Below, piece after piece: positions 1-13,100 of a stretch of 64,000 bases of DNA (positions are counted from its first letter, which is position 1; each line of letters begins with the position of its first letter). The stretch spans positions 55,614,001 through 55,678,000 of the forward strand of contig NC_043007.1 of assembly GCF_006345805.1 (NCBI RefSeq). Direction: 5' to 3'. Source of the DNA: Octopus sinensis (lineage: Eukaryota). The notes under the pieces are model-generated. The model made no database searches. It had not been told where the DNA came from and saw nothing but the letters and a program-made list of their open reading frames with translations. Both the position numbers and the translations under genes were made by a program.

Positions 1-121
1 TACATACTCTATGTACCCGTTTGCATGCTCATATATGTATACACACACATACATACACACACACATATATATACGTATATACATATATACATATTCAAAC
101 ATACATGTATTCGTTTATGTG

Positions 122-160
<39 letters not shown>

Positions 161-190
161 ACACACACACATACATATATATATAATTAA
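1..190. repeat. Compound (TA)n/(CA)n microsatellite
   Basis: Runs of TA and CA dinucleotides visible directly. Confidence 0.9.
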
Positions 191-399
191 ATGATTGTGA
201 TCCTAAAGTAAGAAACAGTGAGTTAAATACGGATTAGAATTTAAAATGGAGATTCATAAGGTTGTTGGGGGTTACCTACGGGGTATTGCGGAAATATACT
301 ATGTTGTTATCTAGGCATTTAAGTTTGTGGTAGAATTTGAAGGTATGAAAAAAGCGGAGGCTGCATATACTTAAGGCCTCATTATGTTTATTTAGTAGT

Positions 400-1300
400 G
401 TTGAAGAGATGTGCTTTAATATGTGGAGTGCCCCCTTCAGGCAAAACTTTCAGGTTGAGCGTTGACCTTGGTGAGGAAGCCCTGTATCTAATATGGACCA
501 TGACAATGTGTAGGGTATATTTGTATTTCTTAGATGATATATGTGATTGGCTAGTGCTGTAGATTTACTATGTTTATCGTATCTAAAGAATGGAGGTGAG
601 TGGCATATCGTTGTTTAAAATTTATGGCTGATCCTATATATGTGGCTGTAGAATTGTGTAATGTGTTAAGGACAGTGCGTTTATAAATTACGTTATATCT
701 TCTACAATGGGTTTGTAAAGGGCAGATGGCCCCAGGACGGCAGTTACAAGTGGGTGAATTTTGGAGATGGTTTTCAGGAATGGACGAGGTAATATTATCA
801 GAGGAGAGGCTAGAGAAGGGGGTAGAAAGGTCCAACTATTAGTATTATTAATGTTATTATTACTATTATTGTTATTACAACTATTGTTGTTATTAGTTGC
901 ACTATTTGTAAGAGTGGTAGAGGTTGTGGTGGTGTTCCGGGTAGTGCTAGTAGGATGGATTGAGTTGTGGTTATGGTCTAATGTAAGGATATTGTGCATG
1001 TTGAGCGTTCGTGTATCTAGAGTTGTAACTACGTGAGTTTTGATAGTAGAGAGAAAACGTTTGTTTATTAGAGGCTGCTATGATAGATTCGAAGTTGGGT
1101 GGTGCAGAATAGGATAGCTTCAGGGTGGATCTATTAAAAATAGAATAATATTTATGTTGACGAGGGAAGTTGTAGTCCAATATTTTAAAGAAGGTTTTAG
1201 TTAAGTTCTTAACATTAAGCGAGAAGCGGGGTGTGTACCATAGCATTGAGCGTCCGCCACTTTTTTTTGAGAATGGAGTGCTATCTACATTTTTGGACAA
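400..1300 (-). mobile_element. Penelope-like element remnant (linker + GIY-YIG endonuclease)
   Basis: ORF 971..1300 has the PLE linker (WYTPRFSLNVK...KILDYNFP...IFNRSTLKLSYS). ORF 551..835 has CNC..CPL..C, NVIYK and YIGS..FKQRY..H, the GIY-YIG pattern. Frames are broken. Confidence 0.85.
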
Positions 1301-2130
1301 AGGAGGTGGGTAGCAATGCCTGTTGTTGTTAGCTATTTTGGCTGCTTTAGTTTTTGACCTAGTGTTAAATATATGCGTGCGGGGTCCAGGTTGTCTAGAT
1401 GCAAGATGTTTTTGTAAATTTATGTTCTAAAAAATTTCCTGTAATTTCGATTTCTGAAGATTATTAAATATTTGAACTACAAGCTTTTCACAAATTTAAA
1501 TATTTGTTGCATTCACTGCGGAGTAGATTTAATAAACAATATTAATTCGTTGCAGCGAAATTTTTTTTCATTTTCAACAGTACCTCCTCTCTTTTGCTCT
1601 ATTTTCATTAATAATAATTTAATATATATTCATTTCAAGTTTTATTTCGCTATTTACAAAACCCACAGTTTATTCTATATAGGTAATGTAAAAAACAAAT
1701 ATTTATTGAATGAATGAATGCTATTAGACAAAACAGCTGTATAACTTTGAAGCTTATTTTTGATAAAATGAAATTGTTTAATATACTGGTATGATTTAAA
1801 AAAACTTATGAAGTGATTTTGTTGGTATGGCTGTTTGGAATGCTTATAATAATAACTATGAGGCCGCTACTATTTCTAGTACGCTAAACCTTGAAGTTTG
1901 TTTAAATTACAAATATATAACAACTACAATAAATTACTGAAAGAAATATTTACTAAGCAAGTGAGGTTTTTTTATAAATTGAAGTTTTCAGGAGAATTTA
2001 CTTTCTGAGTCCCTTTTATTGTTGAATATTTCAAGTTCACAAATTTAATTATTCGGTACAAGATAGTTTTTAACGAGCTTTCATTTCATGTTTATTTCAT
2101 TCATTGTTTGCAATGTTCTCTCTCCCCACA

Positions 2131-2247
2131 CACTCTCTCTCTCTATCTCGGTGTCTCTCTCTCTATCTCGGTGTCTCTCTCTATCTCGGTGTCTCTCTCT
2201 CTATCTCGGTGTCTCTCTCTCTATCTCGGTGTCTCTCTCTCTATCTC

Positions 2248-2290
<43 letters not shown>
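2131..2290. repeat. Minisatellite, about six copies of a 18-20-bp unit ctatctcggtgtctctct(ct), within (CT)n
   Basis: Unit repeats at 2141, 2161, 2181, 2201, 2221 and 2241. Confidence 0.9.
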
Positions 2291-3156
2291 CTGTCTCTCT
2301 AATCAAAACACACACTCCAGGCTTAAACAGTAGAAAACCGCCCGGAAGGCTGCTTTTCTGCTAGTGTATATATATGTATATATCATTGAAAATGTTGGGG
2401 GTCAACAAGAAGGAGTACGGTTGGAAATTTATTTGCAATCATTACAATTGTTTCTATGCAACGTAGTTCTCCATACGCTCAGTGGCTACTACTAACTTCA
2501 GACCACGACAAACAGATATGATGCTCTTGAAGCCGAGAATTTGAACTACGGAGACAATATTTACATATAGCCTGAGGGAACACAGCTAGATCTCATAATG
2601 CAGAGAAACAGTTACATAAATAATACATGCAAACCTGGAGAACTGCGTTGCGTAGAAACGAATGTAGTGATTGAAAATAAATGTTTAACCGTATTCCTTC
2701 TTACGGACTCCAGTTTTTCCAGTTATCTATCCAGGTACTAGAGAAGCCCAAACACAAACCTGGAAGTACGTATAATACTACTACTGGATAGTACAGTGTG
2801 AAATCTGAGCTTTATACTGTAGTCTCTTTCATTCTTAACATAAAATAACATAACTATATAGAAACTGACAAGGTGAGCTGAGATTAACGCTAGGTGAGGT
2901 GAAAGATAGCGATGAGTATTAAAATGCGGTAGCATTAAAATGCAAAATCAAGGATGATCTGGTCATGTCCACAGCTTCCCTTGTCAGTCATTAATGTACT
3001 GATTTCCGTGGCTATTGAGTTGTTTTGACTCTTATTTCTAACACTACTGGTGCTGATTGATAACGTTCGTTACTTTAGTAACGTCTATATTTCTGCTCTT
3101 AGGTTGTAAAACTGCGAATGAGCCACCCATGTTATATATGTATATATATATGCATC

Positions 3157-3202
<46 letters not shown>

Positions 3203-3204
<2 letters not shown>

Positions 3205-3580
3205 TTGCATTTGTTTCAGTCATTTCACCGCGGCCATGCTGAAGCGCCGCCTTAAAGGGTGTTTTAGTCGAAGAAATCGATTCCACGTCTTATTCTTTGT
3301 AAGCCTACTACTTATGCTATCGATCTCTTTTGTGAAACACTAAGTTATGGGGACGTAAACACACCAACATCGGTTGTCAAGCAGTGATGGGGGACAAACA
3401 CAGACACAAAGACACACACAGAAACACACACACACACATATTACGTCAGGTTTCTTTCAGTTTTCGTGTACCAACTCTACTCACAAAGCTTAGGTCGGCC
3501 AGACGCTAGAGTAGAAAAGACTTGCCCAAGGTGCCACGCAGGGGGAATAAATCCCGAACCATGTGGTTGGAAAGCAAGCC
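3203..3580 (-). mobile_element. tRNA-derived octopus-type SINE (degraded)
   Basis: Reverse complement of the SINE at 55866-56270 (ttgtttcagtcatt...gcggccatgct, ccaaggtgccacgca, gaaccatgtggttgg). Confidence 0.85.
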
Positions 3581-3584
3581 ACGC

Positions 3585-3948
3585 TGGGGCACCGCATTGA
3601 TTTTATCGAATAAATCGACCCCAGTTCTAATTTCTAAGCCTGGTCCCTATTTTATCGGTCCTATTTGCCGAACTATTAAGTTACGGGGTGTAAACTAGCC
3701 AACATCAGCACTCAAACGGTAGTAGTGGCGGTGGGGACGCGCTCAAACACAGAGATACTCTCACATAGATACAGAGATACACATATGTATATGAAAGGCT
3801 TCTTTCAGTTTCGGTCTACCAAATCCACACACAGTGCTTTGGTCGACACGGGGCTATAGTGGAAGATGATTACCCACAGTGCTGCGTTGTGGGACTGAAC
3901 GTAAGACTACATTTTTGAGAAGCAAACTTCTTACCACACAGCCACTCC
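3585..3948 (-). mobile_element. tRNA-derived SINE (degraded second copy)
   Basis: Shares atcgacccc, tctttcagtttc..tctaccaaatccac, gtgggactgaac and ttaccacacagccactcc with the other copies. Confidence 0.8.
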
Positions 3949-4317
3949 AATTCATATATAAATTCATGTGTGTTTGTGTGCGCGCGTGCAATTGTATTAT
4001 GTGTGAATATGTGTGTGCTTTCAGGCTATTTCGGTTTAAAAAATACGCGGCTGAAATGAAAAGTAAAAATTTGACTTTATCTTGAAGCACAAACGCGGAT
4101 ATTTGCACATGATCGTACGAATTTGTTTCGTGGATGGGTACTGCTTTAATCTCGAAATTGGACCAATGCACAATTGAGTGTCGAGTTTCATTCTGCATTT
4201 TTCATTTGTTCGTCTACAACCCGTATTTTTACAGGAGCTAAAGGTGATTTTATAACGCTTTTGGGCGTATTCTTACAACACGTTTAGCAGGGTTTTATTT
4301 CCCTTTTCCTTTATATA

Positions 4318-5302
4318 TTAGGTCGTCAAGTATGAAATTTGTAGAAAAGAAAAAGTTTGCTAATGTTTTATAAACACAAGGAATAGTTTTATTCATCAAA
4401 ATATGCACCCATATTGTCAAAACACTTTTGCCTTTTCAGAGGTAGTTTGTCCAACCCGGAAGTGTAAAAGCCTAGCAATCTACAGTCAATAAAATCTTGG
4501 AGGGCTTGTTTTACAGCATCATTGGAATTAAATATTTTTTCTATCAAAAAGTTATCCAAGTTTCTTTTGATGAATCTTGCTCTTTAGACTGTGTTTTGGT
4601 GGCTTGTCTTTGTCCAACCATTGCGCTGAATGTTTACAGTTGTTGTATGGGATCTATTTCTCATCACATGTTACAATTCGATTCAAAAATTATTAATTTT
4701 TGTGACGAGAAAGTAGCATAATGCAGGCTTCCAAACATTGCTGTTTCTGATTTTCATTGAGTTCATGTGGAACCCACTTGTCCAACTTTATCACTTTACC
4801 GATTTGAACTAGGTGAGTCAATATTGTTTGCTTGCTAACACCAAACAACGATACTTCACGGGCACTGTGAGATGGATCTGCCTCGACGGTGGCTTTCAGT
4901 TCGTCATTATCCACCTTTGTTTCTCGTCGGCCGCGTTGCTCATTTACGAAGTCAAAGTTGCCAGGACGAAATTTTGCAAGCCAATTTGATACTGTCTGCT
5001 GTGTAATAACATTAGAATGAAATAATCCATTAATATTCCGATCTGTCTGTGATGCTGTATTTCCAAGAAAGAACTCATAATTCAAAACTGTACGAAATCC
5101 CGACTAATCAATCTCTCAACCAAAATAGCAAAAAACGATTTATAGACACTTTATAAAGCGCAAAATGAGTTAGAATAATGAAATAGATGTATCAGCTTTC
5201 TAACAAAAAAAAAAGATTGCCAAAATATAATAATGGTGGAAAATGAGCAGCTGTCGAATTTTACCATATACCTTACTACACATTTCATACTTGACAACCT
5301 AA
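4318..5302 (-). mobile_element. Mariner DNA transposon, internally deleted and degraded, both TIRs present
   Basis: TIRs ttaggtcgtcaagtatgaaatttgtag (4318-4344) and ctacacatttcatacttgacaacctaa (5276-5302), each flanked by TA. ORF 4693..5085 has an HTH-like region and the WVPHEL motif. Confidence 0.92.
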
Positions 5303-5832
5303 TAATTATATAATTTATAGGTGCAAGAGTGGCTGTATGGTAAGTAGCTTGCTTACATGCGTGAGTCAGAGTTGTTTTTTAACTGAATGCTGTCAAGATG
5401 TGCTTTCGCAGCGGTCTCGAATTGATGAACGTTGAGGGCGCGACTGTAAGGTAGGTATCTGTTTTTTGTGGGTGATTTAGTGGGGTTTTGTTGCTTGATA
5501 TTGTTTTTCTTTTTGCAAATAAGAAATCCTCACTGGGTCTTGGACATTTGTCTGCATGCAGTCGCGCTAAGTGACTCACTTAGCTGTGAGAATTGTTGCT
5601 TTGGGGGCGTGTCTCACCTCCCCCAAAAGTTGTGGAATTTTACCAAATATTTGTGAAATTCGTACCAATTTGTAGAGCTTTGTTTCTACTGGTGTATTAC
5701 CCTAGTCCAGGAGTACTGTCGGCCGGAATTGGGCTTTATTCTGCTGTGTTTTGAACTCTTCCTTTTTTCTTCTGTCTTCTTTTTTGTTTAATCTTCGAAC
5801 TTTTTTAAACTTTGCTTTTAACTTTTTTTTTC

Positions 5833-5975
5833 TTCTCAAACATGGCAAAGAAAGATGATAAGGTGATGGAGTGTGAAATTATCCCACCCAAACAGTGGAT
5901 AAAAGTCTTGAGGAGAGGATGGTGGTGCTGCGAACGTACTCCAAGACACTCGACACCATCGCCCCCTTTAAAAAG

Positions 5976-6009
<34 letters not shown>

Positions 6010-6570
6010 GGCGGAATACATGCCAACTATAAAATTTATTTCCAGGGGTGTCAAATATGTGATGGTGTGGTTGCTATTTGACACCCATGAAGAGGCTCGC
6101 AATTTTGCAAGTCAGCCCTTAGAGGGTGAAGAGATATTGTTTCTTTCTACGTATTGTGAGAAGAAGTTGGGTCTGCGGTTTGTCACCCGGGATAGAACCC
6201 GAGTGGATAGAAAACACTATCCGCCGATGTCTGGATGGCAGCGGAGCCAAGCTCTTCAATGATAAAATTTTGCCTGCGGCTGATTGGGTGGGGTCAAAAG
6301 CGGTTTTGACCCTGTGGACCCAGTTAGACAAGAATCTGGTGTTTCCAGATTTTCTTAAAATGGCCGGTTCTAGGTATCAGTGATTCTTGAGGGATGCCCC
6401 CCCCCAAGTTTCACCTGTGCCTGGAACCAGGCCACATTAAAAAAAAAACTGTCCCCAGGACCTAGGTAAGGTCCTGGAACAGTTAATGATGGAAGAACCC
6501 CCACCTTCTCCATCGGAGGGAAAGATGGAGGCAGTGAAGACCGCCCCCTCGAAAAAAAGGTGGCCAACTA
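5833..6570 (+). pseudogene. ORF1 (gag-like) of a Tx1/L1-like LINE, frameshifted; ORF2 absent
   Basis: Fragments FDTHEEA..LEGEEI, PGIEPEWI, DWVG, FPDFL and VILEGCPPKFHLCLEPGHIKKNCP (zinc-knuckle remnant) align by eye with ORF1 of the element at 49665-51294. Confidence 0.65.
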
Positions 6571-7655
6571 TTGTTGCCCACAATAGTTTAATATTGGGGC
6601 ATATAAACTCTCGATAATAAAAAGAGGGCTTATATATCCCAATATTAGATTATTTACTGTAGTCAATGCCCGGTGATCGCTTATAAGCTTTAAGCTTATA
6701 AAATTATATCATTATTTAGAGAAGTGTAAAATTGACACCGCTTACAAAATAATCGTAGAAAACGCACATGGGAAGTTTGTTTATAAAAAACAACATTATG
6801 AAATCATAGCTCTTATATCTGAGGGAAAACGGTGGCACACTTGTCATGAATACATGGATGTGTGGTTTCGAGTCCCATGCATATGTCAACCTCTTTATTA
6901 CCGCCCTAATACTAGACCATTTACCTTAGTCAATGCATAGTGCCCGGGGAAAATGCTAAACGGCATTTCGTCATTTCGTTCGTCTTTAAGTTCTGAGTTC
7001 AAATTTTGCTCCACCTTGTAGAAAAGTGTGTTCTGTTGCAATCATTCGGGTCAGGTTACTTTTTTGGGTAACTCTCACGGAGGCCTTGTAGTAACAAAAG
7101 AGAAATACTGAAAAATGCCAGTGTATCATTATTATCACTAAATAAAATATAATACTATACGCCCATATTTTATATGCGTATATGCAAACTAGTTTCGATG
7201 GCTGGACTGCGACCGTGCTGGAACACTGCTTCCAATTGTTATTACCAATTATATCAACATCAGAAGTTTTATGTTGCTGGCATTATTGGACTTAACTTGA
7301 TACTTTCAGTCAGGTTCACAAACACAGAGAGACATTTATTGGGATAGGAACGTTATAAGTATTAGTCACACGCCTTATATGTATGAATTACTTTCACATT
7401 CGTGGTTAAAGAATAAAAAGGGAATAATATATATAATACAAACGAATGAGATGAGGGTATGAAAACAAAGGTAAATACATGAAAAAATTAGAAAATATAA
7501 ATGACAAAAACTAATGATAAATGTTTGGTAGGAGCTTAAGGTTATGCAAGGGAATAAGTCAACAAATTTTGCTGCATTGTAATAAAGGAGATGTGATTAA
7601 CTAATATATGGGCATGTGAGTATGCATAATCGCGGATGAATTCCCGCATATGTAC

Positions 7656-7910
7656 AACGTCCGGTAGAGAAAGTCGATTTATATTTTAAAAATGAATACG
7701 TTGTAAAAATAACCTGGTTTCCCTACCAGGCCCTGTATATGTACCCGGTTGGACAAATTAAACCCTGCATATGTAGGTTAACACCAAACACACTCATTGA
7801 GTACAATGGCATTAATTAAAAAACGTCCGGTAGAGAAAGTCGATTTATATTTTAAAAATGAATACGTTTGTAAAATAACCTGGTTTCCCTACCAGGCCCT
7901 GTATATGTAC
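7656..7910 (+). repeat. Near-identical 89-bp direct repeat (7656-7744 and 7822-7910)
   Basis: aacgtccggtagagaaagtcgattt...ccctgtatatgtac occurs twice, each with a cctggt/accagg hairpin. Confidence 0.9.
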
Positions 7911-7989
7911 ACACATTGAGTACATGCATTAATTAAACCAATTCATATATAGGTTCCAGTGTTTTTAAGCAGCAGGAGGTTCGGCTCCA

Positions 7990-8280
7990 TTTGGTATAAA
8001 AAATAAGGATATTATATGAAGAATAAGAGAATAATAAATGTAGCTCCATTCAAGTCAGTGGTGGAATATATTCTAGTTTTTTTGGTAGGTACTTATCAAA
8101 GTGGTTGTATTTTACAAAAAGTTCAGTCGTTACATTTAATTGTCCAATAATATAAGCATTTTATTATTGATCACAGATTCAGAAAATTATTGAAAAGAAC
8201 TAATCTTAAACAGTGTTACTGTTGCAACTCTAATATGAAAATGTAATAACTTATAAACATTTTAACAATTAAAGCATGCC
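7990..8280 (+). mobile_element. Old Penelope-like linker remnant
   Basis: DHRFRKLLKRTNLKQCYCCNSNMK resembles the PLE linker H.LHKIFNRNTLKLSYSCMPNM. Short and heavily decayed. Confidence 0.45.
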
Positions 8281-8509
8281 ATTTATGTACAGCTGCGAAG
8301 AGACTCATATTTAAAAAGCGTTTAATATTCAGTCTTTTAAATGGAAGGTCTGAATTATTTTGAAATGCCACCTGTTCAATAAGTATTTATTAACAATTTA
8401 TTAACAATTGGATTTTAATACCATCACACAAATGATTCTCCGGTTTGGTTATCAACTTGCTGATCAGCATATCACACCTTTTACTTTACCCGTTTCTGTT
8501 TGATGTTGT

Positions 8510-8793
8510 TATATAGTGAAACTGTATACCCCTTCCACTAAAATGTGGGAGGGGCAGCCATTGTAAATAGACTAGAAGCCGGTCGTCAAGAGAGGGTTGA
8601 GAGTCCAAGAGTTGAGAGCCGACAGTTCTAGTAGGTCTCATGTGAGCAATCAGCAATAGTAAGACAGAAGTTGGTGTACGAAGAGATACAGCGGTATCCG
8701 ATGACTAGAAATTATTGTGGCTACTAGCGTACAACAGCAACAACAGTACAACGGCAGCCACATATCACACCGGTGGGAAGAACTCACTTTACA
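8510..8793 (+). repeat. Gypsy 5' LTR
   Basis: Aligns with 16649-16918. Starts TA-TATAGTG (TG mutated), ends ...cactttaca, followed by the PBS. Confidence 0.85.
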
Positions 8794-8797
8794 ACGG

Positions 8798-8808
8798 TGG
8801 CGACGAGG
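8798..8808 (+). promoter_or_regulatory. Primer-binding site TGGCGACGAGG
   Basis: TGG-starting motif just after the 5' LTR, of a form common in Mag-type Gypsy elements. Confidence 0.75.
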
Positions 8809-8939
8809 AAAAACAAATTTACGTGGAGTTATAAAATAACAACATTCACACGGTGAGTTTAAGCTAATTCACATGGAAAATTAAATAATTCGACAACAAA
8901 GAATCATAAATCTTGTGTAAACTTACGAAAATCGTAAAA

Positions 8940-10104
8940 TATGGAAGACTTGTAAGCTGGGGTAGTTGAGTAGCAAAAACATCTACAACAATAACTCAAG
9001 GAACAACGAGAACAACAAAGATTGCAGCAACAAATTTTACAACTAATGTTGATAACCAAACCGGAGAATACATTTTCGCTTGGCCATGGAGCAAATTCAA
9101 TAAACGATTTCAAATATGACCCCGAAGGAGTAACCTTCGAGGCTTATTTTCGAATATTTGAACAAATGTTTGAAAAAGAATGTTAGGATTGGACGGACGA
9201 AATGAAAGCGCGTCTAGTTTTAAGAAAACTAGTGACACCAGAGCACGAGAAGTATAGTAATTTCATATAGCCAAAAAAAGCGTCACAAATTTCACCGACA
9301 CAGTTGACATTTTGTGCAAAATGTTTAGTGAAAAGAGCTCACTGTTTAATACTAGATAGAAATGTTTAAACATAGAAAAGAGCGAACATGAAGACTTCAC
9401 TATTTACACAAGCCGAGTCAACAAAGTATGTGAGAGATTTAGGTTGGATATGCTTACCCAGATTCTTTCAAGTGTTTGATTTTTGCACAAGCATTGACAG
9501 ATAAAAGGGATGCAGATATCTGAACGAAAATTCTAGCAAAACTGGAAATGAACACGGATTTGACATTGCAGAAACTGTCGAAAGAATGTGACAGGATATT
9601 AAAATTAAGGCATGACGCGGAAGAAATTCAACGGAAAGAATGTTTTCACATAAGACCTGTGCAAAAAAGTCGGAAGACAAATAAAGTCTTGCAGGAAAAA
9701 CAGAAAAAATATAGGGACGTAAGGTATGTGGTGGGATGCACCTGAAGAAAGATTGTCCGTATAAAAAAGCAAAGTGTTTTCGCTGCGGGTTAACAGGACG
9801 TATAAAATCACACTGCAATACTAGAACGATAGGAAAATGACACAAACAAGAAAAAATAAATAGTTTGTCAGCAGGAAAAGTTGTGACTACAACAAAGAGA
9901 AAATTTGTGAATGTGAGAATTGAAACCACTAGTATTAGAATGCAATTAGACACGGGAAGTGACATCACAATCATAAATGAGAAAACATGGGAATAAATGG
10001 CTAAACCAAAATGATATAGTCCAAACAAAATAGCGTGTGGTGTTACGAGAAGAAAATTATATTTCGCGGGTTAATGTTGAAAGTTCGAACCAAAAAAGTG
10101 AATG
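8940..10104 (+). pseudogene. Gypsy gag and protease (disrupted)
   Basis: FEAYFRIFEQMF..C.DWTDEMKARL gag motif, CGGMHLKKDCPYKKAKCFRCG knuckles and IRMQLDTGSDITII. Several stops. Confidence 0.85.
10090..10104 (+). repeat. Target-site duplication, left copy (ccaaaaaagtgaatg)
   Basis: Identical 15-mer at 13843-13857. Removing the insert restores Gypsy pol LMLKVRTKKVNVYVLK. Confidence 0.9.
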
Positions 10105-13100
10105 AAGGGACAACACAAAGGGGATAAACAAGGGTAGACAAGCACATAAAGAAAGGGGAGGGGTGTGGCTGAACCACGTACATAACGTGTGGGAATTAAA
10201 AGAAAATTAAAAATTAGTTAAAAATACGGACAATGCATAAATTAGAAACGAAAAAATAAGTGGGGACAATGGGGGTCCTACACACCACGCACGACCACTG
10301 AAACATTTTCGTACCGTTATGGCTTCCTTTAGGTTGGGCCATTCACTCCCAGCAAGCTCTCCACTTTCTTCCATCTTTTCGCAAACGCATCCGAAGGCAG
10401 GCATCTCCTCTCCAGCCTTATTTTCCGTTTCAAGTGGAAATGGAAAAAGTTCAACCCACGGCCGGAGGTGAAGGTACCTGTCTGGATTCCTTTCGCTCTC
10501 ATTTTCCAGATCGCCTCTTTTGCCATTGTTACCACGACAAGGGTACAAACCTTTCCTTCTTTGTTAAGGGAAGGTGGTGAGACCATCTTGATGATAGCTT
10601 CGGTCGATATCTGTACTCTTCCTAGATGTGACAACAGGTGTTCGGTGTAGTTCCATAGATCAGATAACATCGGATGCGAGTATAACAGTTTCACTGCTTC
10701 ACCCGCATCTCGGACAAGTTGGCGACGAAAATTGTCAATAGAGCCTATCCCAAATGGGTAGGGCCCCTCAGTAGCACTTCCAGGCCAAGGGTTTCTGGTA
10801 ATTATCCAGAGGTCCTGGTCTAAAAGTTGTCCGAAACAGGCTGGCAAGCTGACGTTCGTTGAAGCCCAGAGTTCTCCCCAGGTTGTCATCGCACTCGCTC
10901 TCTACCAAGCCTCTATAGAAGGACGAGGTGGAAACCCTACCGCCGACATTGTCCCTGAGGGAGAGGAGCCAGGGAACCTGACGGTACTCTGCATGCCATT
11001 CACCCAGCCTGGGTCTCCATTTGATCCACGGTTCCAGTTCACTGAAAGGCGTGAACTGCGGAAGAATGAACTTCACAAACGAGGGATGCTCACCATCCCT
11101 CCAGGTTGAGCCAAAGGTGCCGAAGTCGAAGCGCGAGTTTCCTCAGCTTCAATCACGGCATCATTAGCTCACCCTTTAGCTGCTGTTGGCAGCAGATAGA
11201 TCGTCGGACTCGCGAAACTCCGCCTCCCCACATAAAGCGGAAGAGTACGCACTCCATCTTGCCCAACCACGAATACGGACAAGGCACTACGGTTAGGCGG
11301 TAGGTAATGACAGATGCGATAAACATATTTTCCACCTCCACCCTTCCTTTCATAGACAACTGCTTTCTAGACCGGATCTGGGTTAGGCCAGCCACCCTGC
11401 TCATGACCTCGCTCTACTTTCTATCGATCTGGGGGTCTGGACCAAACCAGATCCCTAACTTTTTCACCGGACCGTCTGTCCAACGCCCCACGACGCTGTA
11501 TGACGGCATCGGCTTGCCTCTCCAGATACCTAGACGCCAGCCGACTGACTTGTCCTGGTTAATTCTTGCTCCCGCCACCACCTCTCTTCCCGGCAACTTT
11601 TCCTTTCCACAGTCGACCAAGACGTCCTTCACGGCCGCGGTTGTGATCGGCCCTTCTCAACGCTCCGCTTCCCTCAACGAGAGTCGCGGCACACCGATGA
11701 CGAAGTCCGTAAGGTCCCCCCCCCCACAATCCGGTGCACCGCTTCCCCCAAAGAGCCGGGCGAAATGCTGCTGAAGAACCACACACATTTCATCGGGTTC
11801 GTCCACCACCCGCTCATGTTGATCCGCCAAAGACCCAATTGTAGCATCGTTGTCACGCTGAGCCTCTACCACACGGGCTCATCCGGTGACGTTGATTCCT
11901 TCTCGTTCCATTGCACGAAGCTTAGCTCTGACTATGCACCCTTCGTATTTGGCATTGAGGTGTTAGTCTAACGCCAATCTCGTCGCCAAAGCTCTCGGTG
12001 CACAGCTTGCCCTCAATGCCTTATCCAGCGTCTTAACTAGATCCCCTTCTATTCTAGCCCTTCTAGCAGCTAGCTCCCTGCTAAATCTAATGGACTCGAT
12101 TTTGATGGCTCTTTTGAAGGCTAACCCCCATTTGTTATTTAAAATGGTACCGGTTAGTGTCCTCATAACAAGTTCCTTAATCCAGTTTCTATACTCCCCA
12201 CAAGCTAGTAATGTCTTGTTGAGTTTCCAGTAACTGGGTCCCTGACTAATCATCTTATCTAAGTCCACCCTGCTGGCCAGAAATTTGTGGTAAGAGAAGT
12301 GGACTATGTCAAATTGTGAACGACTAACCCTATCGTTATCTCTGGTCCTGACAAATAACCTGTCTAGATAAGATCTGGATGGTCCATCGCTATTCACCCA
12401 CGTCCATTGTAGAGAGTCCGGGTAGTCCAGTCTGGAACGATTTGCTAGCTGAAACTTGCTAAGCAGATCTCTGAGGCGAGGGTTCCCTACTCTGATGGGG
12501 CTCGAGTCAACACAATCCACGCGCGCATCGAGGATTGTTTTAAAGTCACCTAATACCACAAGAGTGCGAGACTTCCCGAGAAAGGTCTCTAGACGTCCGA
12601 CTGCCCTGCATTACATGGCGCATAGACACTCACCAGGCCTGCCCATTGCTACATATCACGTCCGAGATGACCAGCCAGCCTTCTGGATCTACAAAGATGA
12701 ATTGTATAATAAGCCCCAGATTCCTCCTGAACAGAACTGCCACTCCCCCACCCTTCCAGGCTGGCATGTAGAAATAAATTTCTCATAGCCATTAAAGAGA
12801 GGTGACAAAGCTTGAAGACTGCTCATTCTGGTCTCAGTGGTGACAAAAACATCCAAATTACGTGACTGGAGTTCGGCCAGGAGGCAGCTTTGCTCCCAGA
12901 CCGAACCCAGGCTACGCACATTCAAACAACCAAATTGCAAGGAAGCCATAAAGGTACAATTTAATTAAAGTTTCTTCGGGGGGGGGGAACTACCTGTTCC
13001 CTCTCCCTCCTTCCTCTTCTCTTGTGGGATGTGTTGAGATTTCAACCAATTTTGAAAAATGTCTGACCGGAACTCCTTGCTCACGGCCTGACCCAATTTG

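Noticed and set aside
1470-1700. Possible hAT transposase C-terminal remnant on the minus strand
   Set aside because: Similarity was too weak to support by eye.
2141-2260. CRISPR-like repeat array
   Set aside because: The repeats are contiguous with no unique spacers, in eukaryotic context. It is a minisatellite.
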